A stretch of DNA of 64,000 nucleotides from an uncultured virus (IMG/VR IMGVR_UViG_3300024313_000600) (lineage: Duplodnaviria; Heunggongvirae; Uroviricota; Caudoviricetes). Shown piece by piece: positions 57,706 through 64,000 of this stretch. The notes under the pieces are model-generated. The model saw only the letters and a list, made by a program, of their open reading frames with translations. It was not told the DNA's origin and searched no databases. How positions within the stretch are numbered: position 1 is the stretch's first letter; every line of letters begins with the position of its first letter. Location: the IMG/VR virus record IMGVR_UViG_3300024313_000600. The stretch is one strand, 5' to 3'. A program made the translations under genes and the position numbers.

Positions 57706-58935
57706 ATGAAATATTTTAAAACATATGAAGCATATAGATATGGTGTTAATGGAGTAGGATCTCTTAGGAATTCATTAGCTGCATTAAAAAGACAAAATAT
57801 TAATGGTCGTTATGTAGATCCTGAAATATTGGCAAAAGCAATCCGTAATGAATATGAAGCTATCACAGGCGAGAAATATGAGGATGAAGTTCAGATGTCA
57901 ATGGATAACACTATTGCTGATATCATTGGTCATTATAAACTAGATGGACCAGATTTTATGGCAGCATGGGATAAAGTAGTTAAAGAATCAATTAATGAAG
58001 CTAGTGATCAACAAAGATTAACTCATTTAAGAAAATTTGGAATTGCACCTAATAACCAACCACAAAACGGTGCTTATATAAAACGAGTAGCAAAACCTGG
58101 AAAATTCTTCGTGGATTGGAAAGATGCTTTTGATCTAGGTGACGTTGCATTAGAATTTATTAAATCAGCTGGAAGTGAATCTGTATTTGATATTATTGAT
58201 CTTAACACAATGAAACGTACAGGAAAACAATACTTCATTAAGAAAGGTGATTTAAAAAACTTAAGAACTACTTATGGCGTTCGAGTTAATGAATCTATTA
58301 CTGAAGCTAAAGGAGGTCAAATTATGCCAGGAGATTATGTTAAAAGCCAATATGGCGATATCTACCTAAGAGTAGATGGAAAGGTTGGTGGAGCTGATGC
58401 TTATGTAAGAGTTACTAAAGGTAAAGCTGGTAAAAGAAAAACTAGTTTACATGACTCTGTAAAATTAACATTAGTAAATAAGGACGGATTAGAAGAATCG
58501 GTTAATGATGCTTCTAATAATTTAGAAAAGATATTTGGAACTGATCAAGAAACAATGGATATGTTTCAACGCATTGAAGATGAAGGTACTGTAAAGGATA
58601 TGATAGAATTTATTGATGAATTCGGTAATGAAGAAATGTTATCACGTTATGGAATAAAATCAACAGCTCAAGTAAAAAAGCTTGCTAAAACTATAATGAA
58701 TGAATCTTATGAAGGTAACTTTACCGATTTTAAATATGATTTAGAAATGGCTATAGATAATATGGATCTTTCTCCTAAGGCAATTAAATCAGTCAAGAAA
58801 AAAGGTAAAGGATATGAAGTAAGACTATCTTCTTATATGAGTGATAAATCTACATGGGAAAAGATTGGTGATACAATCGGAGCCACGCTTATATCATTTA
58901 AACCTGGTAGTATTAATATTGGAATATACGAATAA
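57706..58935 (+). CDS. Leader-bearing polyprotein-like internal head protein (about 5 modules)
   Basis: MKYFKTYEAY; linkers ESINEA, ESITEA, ESVNDA, NESYEG. Confidence 0.72.
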   Translation: MKYFKTYEAYRYGVNGVGSLRNSLAALKRQNINGRYVDPEILAKAIRNEYEAITGEKYEDEVQMSMDNTIADIIGHYKLDGPDFMAAWDKVVKESINEASDQQRLTHLRKFGIAPNNQPQNGAYIKRVAKPGKFFVDWKDAFDLGDVALEFIKSAGSESVFDIIDLNTMKRTGKQYFIKKGDLKNLRTTYGVRVNESITEAKGGQIMPGDYVKSQYGDIYLRVDGKVGGADAYVRVTKGKAGKRKTSLHDSVKLTLVNKDGLEESVNDASNNLEKIFGTDQETMDMFQRIEDEGTVKDMIEFIDEFGNEEMLSRYGIKSTAQVKKLAKTIMNESYEGNFTDFKYDLEMAIDNMDLSPKAIKSVKKKGKGYEVRLSSYMSDKSTWEKIGDTIGATLISFKPGSINIGIYE

Positions 58936-58938
58936 GCA

Positions 58939-59280
58939 ATGAAAGATTGTAAATGTAAATCGTGTAAGTGTAATGAATTAACTAATGAGCAAGTAATTAA
59001 TCAGATGGAAGATCAAACTAAACCTTTTACACAAGAAGATTATTCTACTGATACGGTACTACGACACTTTGACAAAAGTGCACCAGATCATTTATATAAA
59101 TGGCATGCCGATGATGAAGATCGTTTTGTAGAATCTCTTAACGAAAACGATTGGCAATTTCAATTTGATAACGAATTACCACAATCAATAGAGCCAGGTA
59201 AAATTATTCACATACCTAAAGGCTTAATCCACCGCCTAATTAAAGGCACCTCCGAATTAAGTATTTCAATTAAATCTTAG
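58939..59280 (+). CDS. Cupin-fold protein with a Cys-rich N-terminus
   Basis: CKCKSCKC; WHADDEDR, WQFQFDNELP, IPKG..HRLIKG. Confidence 0.65.
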   Translation: MKDCKCKSCKCNELTNEQVINQMEDQTKPFTQEDYSTDTVLRHFDKSAPDHLYKWHADDEDRFVESLNENDWQFQFDNELPQSIEPGKIIHIPKGLIHRLIKGTSELSISIKS

Positions 59281-59382
59281 CTTAAACCATTTTCTTTTTT
59301 TAGGTATAATTAATATAGAAACATTAAGGCTTTCAGAAACCTAAAAATGTTGTTATAATTATTTTATAAATCAAAACTAACT

Positions 59383-61401
59383 ATGGGAGAAATATATCCA
59401 GACGAGGAGAATATCAAAAAAGGAAAAAGGAAAGGGCAAAAGGTTAATAATTTAACAGTACTTGAAACTTATGGTACCAATGTAACACAGTTAGCAATAG
59501 ATAATAAGCTTGATCCTGTTATTGGTAGAGAAGATGAAATATTAAGAGTAGTACAAATTTTAGGTAGGCGAAGAAAAAACAACCCGGTTTTAGTAGGAGA
59601 ACCTGGTGTAGGTAAAACTGCGATAGTTGAAGGATTAGCATCTCGTATAATTGAAGGTACTGTTCCTGTTACATTACAAGGAAAAATTATATACACATTA
59701 GAATTATCAACAATAGTTGCAGGTACAAAATACCGTGGTCAGTTTGAGGAAAGAATGAAAGCCATTGTTGATGAATTGGTAGAAAACCCTGATGTAATAA
59801 TCTTTATTGACGAATTACATACTATCATGGGGGCTGGTGGTTCTACTGGATCTTTGGATGCTTCAAATATTATTAAGCCTGCATTAGCTCGTGGGGAAAT
59901 CAGATGTATAGGTGCAACCACCTTTGATGAATTTAGAGAAAGTATTGAAGAAGATGGTGCATTAGATAGAAGGTTTCAGAAGGTTGTAATTGAGCCTCCA
60001 ACATTAGAAGAAACTATTGAAATTTTATCTCACCTAAGACATAAGTATTCTGATTTTCATAACGTGAATTATTCTGATGAAATTATTCAAATGATAGTAA
60101 AGGTTGCCGATCAATATATGATGGATAGGTACTTCCCTGATAAAGCTGTTGATATTTTAGATGAGGTAGGTTCTTATAAACATTTAAAACATATTAAGAT
60201 TCCTAAAAAGATAAAATCTCTAGAATCTAAATTAATAGAAAAGGAAAAGGAAAAGAAAGATGCAGTTAAATCTCAGAGTTACGAAGTAGCTGCTAGGATG
60301 AGAGATGCATGTTTAAATTTAAAAGGCAAAATTGAAGAAGAATACAAATCTTGGAAGACTGAATTGGCCGAAGTAAAAATGGAAATTACCGAAGATGATA
60401 TTCTTTATGTAATATCTAAAGCAACCGGTATACCAGTAGAAAAGATTACTGATAAAGAACACAAGAACTTATTAGGAATCAATAAACATTTATCCTCAAA
60501 GGTAATTGGTCAAGAAGAAGCTATTAATAAAATATCGATGACCATCCAAAGAAACCGAGTGGGTATTAGAAAACGAGATAGGACTATGGGTAATTTTATT
60601 TTCTTAGGACCTACTGGTGTTGGTAAAACTCAATTGGCAAAAGAGTTAAGTTCTTATATGTTTAATTCTAATGAAGATCTTATTAGAGTGGATATGACTG
60701 AATATATGGAATCTCATTCTGTTTCTAAATTGATTGGATCACCACCTGGTTATGTAGGTCATGAATCTGGTGGGTTTCTAACAGAGCAGGTGAAAAGAAA
60801 ACCGCACTCTGTTATATTATTTGATGAAATAGAAAAAGCTCATCCAGAGGTCTTTAATGTATTACTTCAAATGTTAGACGATGGTTACTTAACAGATTCA
60901 CTAGGAAGAAGTATTGATTTTAGAAATTGTTTAGTTATCTTAACATCTAATACTGGATCTAGAAAAGTACAAGATTTTGGGAGCGGTATAGGATTTGGTA
61001 CAAAAACAGTAGCCGAAGAACAACAAGCAGAAAAAGATATTATTAATAAAGCATTAAAGAAAAAGTTTGCACCAGAATTTTTAAATAGAATAGATGAGGT
61101 TATAGTTTTTAATTCCTTAACTAAAAAAACAGTAATGTCAATTTTAAATAAAGAATGTAAAGAACTTGCAGAAAACTTAAATGATGTAGGTGAATATGTT
61201 CTTAAAATAAATAAAGCTGCAAAGAATATAATCTTAGAACAAGGATTTGATCCAAAGTATGGGGCAAGACCATTAAGAAGGTCATTGGAAAGATTAATTG
61301 AAAATCCTGTTGCAGAAATGATTCTTAAAAAGGAAATTTCTGAAGGTGACATTATAAATATAACTGCAACAAAAGGAGAACTTAAAATAACTAAAGGTTA
61401 A
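59383..61401 (+). CDS. clpC: ClpC/ClpA-type AAA+ unfoldase lacking the N-terminal domain
   Basis: LDPVIGR, GEPGVGKT, GTKYRGQFEER, DELH, UVR-like coil, GPTGVGKT, GSPPGYVG, IGF ClpP-docking loop, GARPLRR. Confidence 0.9.
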   Translation: MGEIYPDEENIKKGKRKGQKVNNLTVLETYGTNVTQLAIDNKLDPVIGREDEILRVVQILGRRRKNNPVLVGEPGVGKTAIVEGLASRIIEGTVPVTLQGKIIYTLELSTIVAGTKYRGQFEERMKAIVDELVENPDVIIFIDELHTIMGAGGSTGSLDASNIIKPALARGEIRCIGATTFDEFRESIEEDGALDRRFQKVVIEPPTLEETIEILSHLRHKYSDFHNVNYSDEIIQMIVKVADQYMMDRYFPDKAVDILDEVGSYKHLKHIKIPKKIKSLESKLIEKEKEKKDAVKSQSYEVAARMRDACLNLKGKIEEEYKSWKTELAEVKMEITEDDILYVISKATGIPVEKITDKEHKNLLGINKHLSSKVIGQEEAINKISMTIQRNRVGIRKRDRTMGNFIFLGPTGVGKTQLAKELSSYMFNSNEDLIRVDMTEYMESHSVSKLIGSPPGYVGHESGGFLTEQVKRKPHSVILFDEIEKAHPEVFNVLLQMLDDGYLTDSLGRSIDFRNCLVILTSNTGSRKVQDFGSGIGFGTKTVAEEQQAEKDIINKALKKKFAPEFLNRIDEVIVFNSLTKKTVMSILNKECKELAENLNDVGEYVLKINKAAKNIILEQGFDPKYGARPLRRSLERLIENPVAEMILKKEISEGDIINITATKGELKITKG

Positions 61402-61442
61402 ACAAATTAAGTTTTTTACATATAAAAATAAACAGTAATACA

Positions 61443-61589
61443 GTGACAAGCACAGATCAACAAAACAATGGCAATCCTCATACACACGAGACGAGAAATA
61501 CTTTTAATAAAAAGGTTGCTAAGTATAGTATGCTAGGTAAGAGTAAGAAAGTTCAGTGGAGTGATAAGAGAAGATTTCGTAACATTTAA
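61443..61589 (+). CDS. Small basic hypothetical protein (48 aa, GTG start, not in the ORF track)
   Basis: Open frame fills the gap behind the TAAAC-N17-TATAA motif at 61399. Confidence 0.4.
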   Translation: MTSTDQQNNGNPHTHETRNTFNKKVAKYSMLGKSKKVQWSDKRRFRNI

Positions 61590-61600
61590 TCTAAATAAGA

Positions 61601-62626
61601 ATGACATATTTAACATATGATGACATACAATTAGTACCTGCATTCTCAGGTATTAAATCAAGACAATCAATTGATCTTACAACAAAACTTTCTAAAAAAT
61701 ATTCAATTCGTATACCTATAGTAGGATCTCCTATGGATACGGTTTGTGAAAGTGAAATGGCATTTAAACTTTATCAGCTAGGTGGAGTTGGATGTATTCA
61801 TAGATTTAATACTATTAAAGAACAGTGTGATGAGATAACTAAACTCATAACTTTAATTAATTCTTATCATAATAATAAAGTACCTTTAACTATTCCTATT
61901 ATGGCTGCAATTGGAGTTCAAGAAGATGATAAGATAAGGGCTAAAGAATTAGTAATTAATGGAGCTAAGGTTCTTTTAATTGACGTTGCACACGGTGATC
62001 ACCAAAATGTTATAGATATGACAAAATGGTGTAAAGATAATTTACCTAGTCATGTAGATATTATTGCAGGTAATATTGCAACAGCAGAGGCAGCCGAACG
62101 ATTACAAGATGCAGGTGCAGATGGTTTACGGGTAGGTATTGGTGGTGGCTCTTTATGTACTACAAGAATCAAAACTGGATTTGGTGTACCTAATGTTACT
62201 TGCCTTGAAGAAATATCTAAAGTTGCAACAGTTCCTATTATGGCAGATGGTGGAATTAGAAGTAGCGGAGATATTGCAAAGGCATTAGCAGTTGGTGCTG
62301 ATAATGTAATGTTAGGTTCTCTTCTCGCTGGTACTTTAGAATCACCAGGCCAAATGGTTGAAAAAGGTAATGCTCTTTATAAAAGATACAGAGGATCTGC
62401 TTCTTTAGAAACAAAGACTACTCATGGGCAAGCACAAAGAAATGTAGAAGGAGAATCTACAATTATTCCATTTAAAGGTGGTGTCAAATATATAATCAAA
62501 GGTTTAACCGATGGTGTAAGATCTGCTTTATCATATGCAGGAGCCAAAGAAATAAAATCATTTTTCCCCGAATATGTACAAGTTACTAATGCTGGGCAGA
62601 ATGAAGCAAAACCACATCTATTATGA
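61601..62626 (+). CDS. IMP dehydrogenase / GMP reductase family (no CBS domains)
   Basis: SPMDTV, GG.G.IHR, IDVAHG, GIGGGSLCTTR, ADGGI, YRGSAS, VEG. Confidence 0.9.
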   Translation: MTYLTYDDIQLVPAFSGIKSRQSIDLTTKLSKKYSIRIPIVGSPMDTVCESEMAFKLYQLGGVGCIHRFNTIKEQCDEITKLITLINSYHNNKVPLTIPIMAAIGVQEDDKIRAKELVINGAKVLLIDVAHGDHQNVIDMTKWCKDNLPSHVDIIAGNIATAEAAERLQDAGADGLRVGIGGGSLCTTRIKTGFGVPNVTCLEEISKVATVPIMADGGIRSSGDIAKALAVGADNVMLGSLLAGTLESPGQMVEKGNALYKRYRGSASLETKTTHGQAQRNVEGESTIIPFKGGVKYIIKGLTDGVRSALSYAGAKEIKSFFPEYVQVTNAGQNEAKPHLL

Positions 62627-62832
62627 AAAACTTTTTAAATAACAAATATGTAAGATTGATTTTTAGTATAGCAATCATGGGATCTGCTATCCCTTCTATC
62701 TATGAAGATTTTACCTATGGGCACCAAGGAACCTGGACTCATTATGGTATGGGTTTAGTTGGAATTTTATACTTTATTGAATCATTACTTTGGACTTTAG
62801 ACTTATGGACAGACAACTCAAAAAAGAATTAG
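62623..62832 (+). CDS. Small two-TM membrane protein
   Basis: Two hydrophobic helices. Confidence 0.55.
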   Translation: MKNFLNNKYVRLIFSIAIMGSAIPSIYEDFTYGHQGTWTHYGMGLVGILYFIESLLWTLDLWTDNSKKN

Positions 62833-63182
62833 AAACCTTTGAAGATTTAATTTTCGATGGAAAGGAAATAAACACAGATGACTTTTATCTATTAAAGAAA
62901 AAGCTTTTAAAGAAAGAAGAATTAGAATTACTTGAAATTCATTTATTATTAGAAGCAATGCTAGATAAAAGAAATGATAAGTTAATGAATAGGAGACTGA
63001 ACATTCTTACTATTTGGTCAACTATATTTTTACCTCTATCATTTTATACTGGTTTATGGGGAATGAACTTTGATGATGTACCTTTAATATCAGATGATAA
63101 TGGGTTTTGGGTATTTTCTGGATTAACTGCAGTAACAGTTTTAGGAATGTGGTTATATTTTAAAAAGAATAAATGGATTTAG
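62805..63182 (+). CDS. Truncated CorA-family Mg2+ channel (stalk end plus two TMs)
   Basis: MNRRLNILTIWSTIFLPLSFYTGLWGMNF...KKNKWI: GMN signature. Confidence 0.85.
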   Translation: MDRQLKKELETFEDLIFDGKEINTDDFYLLKKKLLKKEELELLEIHLLLEAMLDKRNDKLMNRRLNILTIWSTIFLPLSFYTGLWGMNFDDVPLISDDNGFWVFSGLTAVTVLGMWLYFKKNKWI

Positions 63183-63186
63183 ATAA

Positions 63187-64000
63187 ATGAAAGTAGTTAA
63201 TTTTCCTGCACACAAATATGATTTATTAGAAGGTGGTTGGCCTGATGTATATTTTAATCTATGGAAAGCTTTTCATGAATTAGGGTGGGAAATTAGGATA
63301 AGCCCTTGGTTTTGTTCTTATAATAACGGCGTACAAGAACATGTGTATATAGAGAGAAAGATAAGAGATACTATTTTACCTGAATATGTAAATGTTGGGA
63401 TTACTGATAATCCTAATCACCTTTATATTTTTAATCATATTCATAAATATGGAATTAGAAAAAATAATAATCCTAAAGGAAACTATAATTTATTTATAAA
63501 ACCGTCAGGGCCAGGTGCTGATCATTTTACTATAGATGAATTAGGATATGCAGCACATAGCAGTATAACATACAAAAAGCCTAATTACGAATCAACACCA
63601 TACATAGATTTTTTTAATAATACACTACCTCATTGGATTAACGATAAGATAAACAAATGGGATACTGATAATAATGTACAAGAATTTTCTAAACCTTCTG
63701 TTGAATTACCAGAGAATCATATTTTATTTGTAGGGCAAATGCCAGGAGATGAAACATGTTCTATATTTTCATTTGGTGATCATTGGCATAAGTTTAAAAC
63801 ATTGGTAGAGGTTTTAGAAACCGATGATCCTGTAGTTATTAAACTCCACCCATATATGAAACATGAAAATGCAAAAGCTTGGGCAGAATCTGATATGATT
63901 CAATTAGATAATGTTATAAAACATTGGGAAAGTCTAGGTCATATTGTATTACAAGGATTTGAATCTATTCATGATGTTTTGCCTAAAAGTAAAGTTGCTA
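63187..64000 (+). CDS. KpsS/KpsC-like (Capsule_synth) beta-Kdo transferase candidate, partial
   Basis: Runs off the window edge; FTIDELGYAAHSS, ILFVGQMPGD (QxxxD), VVIKLHP, SIHDVL. Confidence 0.65.
   Translation, partial: MKVVNFPAHKYDLLEGGWPDVYFNLWKAFHELGWEIRISPWFCSYNNGVQEHVYIERKIRDTILPEYVNVGITDNPNHLYIFNHIHKYGIRKNNNPKGNYNLFIKPSGPGADHFTIDELGYAAHSSITYKKPNYESTPYIDFFNNTLPHWINDKINKWDTDNNVQEFSKPSVELPENHILFVGQMPGDETCSIFSFGDHWHKFKTLVEVLETDDPVVIKLHPYMKHENAKAWAESDMIQLDNVIKHWESLGHIVLQGFESIHDVLPKSKVA

Noticed and set aside
648..61485. Numerous minus-strand and alternate-frame ORFs in the track (e.g. 648-836, 18268-18657, 19630-20322, 60885-61352)
   Set aside because: They lie wholly within well-supported + strand genes, have antisense-shadow composition and show no recognisable motifs.
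1..64000. tRNA, rRNA or other structured RNA genes
   Set aside because: Intergenic gaps are short and AT-rich, and I saw no cloverleaf or T-loop signature by eye. tRNAscan/Infernal would be needed to be certain.
1..64000. Stop-codon reassignment as in some large Bacteroidota phages
   Set aside because: Conserved genes are full length under the standard code, and TAA, TAG and TGA all terminate genes.

Overview
This is an AT-rich, gene-dense, almost entirely + strand segment of a large T4-like (Tevenvirinae-related) myovirus genome. The host is probably a Bacteroidota bacterium. Evidence for that: A-rich start regions without Shine-Dalgarno motifs, a SIS-only KdsD that by recall closely matches the Bacteroides-type enzyme, and a Flavobacterium-like DnaQ exonuclease. 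Contents in order: probable major capsid protein C-terminus; clamp loader and RNase H; neck, terminase, sheath, tube, baseplate and tape-measure genes; topoisomerase II; nucleotide kinases; a thymidylate-synthase-family enzyme with the cytosine-specifying Asp; an ECF sigma factor; PhoH; endolysin; Hsp20; a ~15 kb glycosylation island (fucosyltransferase-like GTs, methyltransferases, Gmd, KdsD, KdsB); ClpC; IMPDH; a mini-CorA; and a partial beta-Kdo-transferase-like gene. The most striking unexplained structure is a family of at least nine proteins that begin with a T4 internal-protein-like capsid-targeting leader (MKx(2-4)F/YxxFxxE). Several of them are strings of unrelated small domains joined by a repeated ES(V/I/L)(N/T/D)E linker. 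These look like prohead-protease-cleaved, capsid-packaged effector polyproteins with recombination-ready linker DNA. Three distinct promoter classes, a probable +1 frameshift in the baseplate chaperone and several unlisted small ORFs are also visible. All product calls come from motif recognition by eye; no database searches were run.
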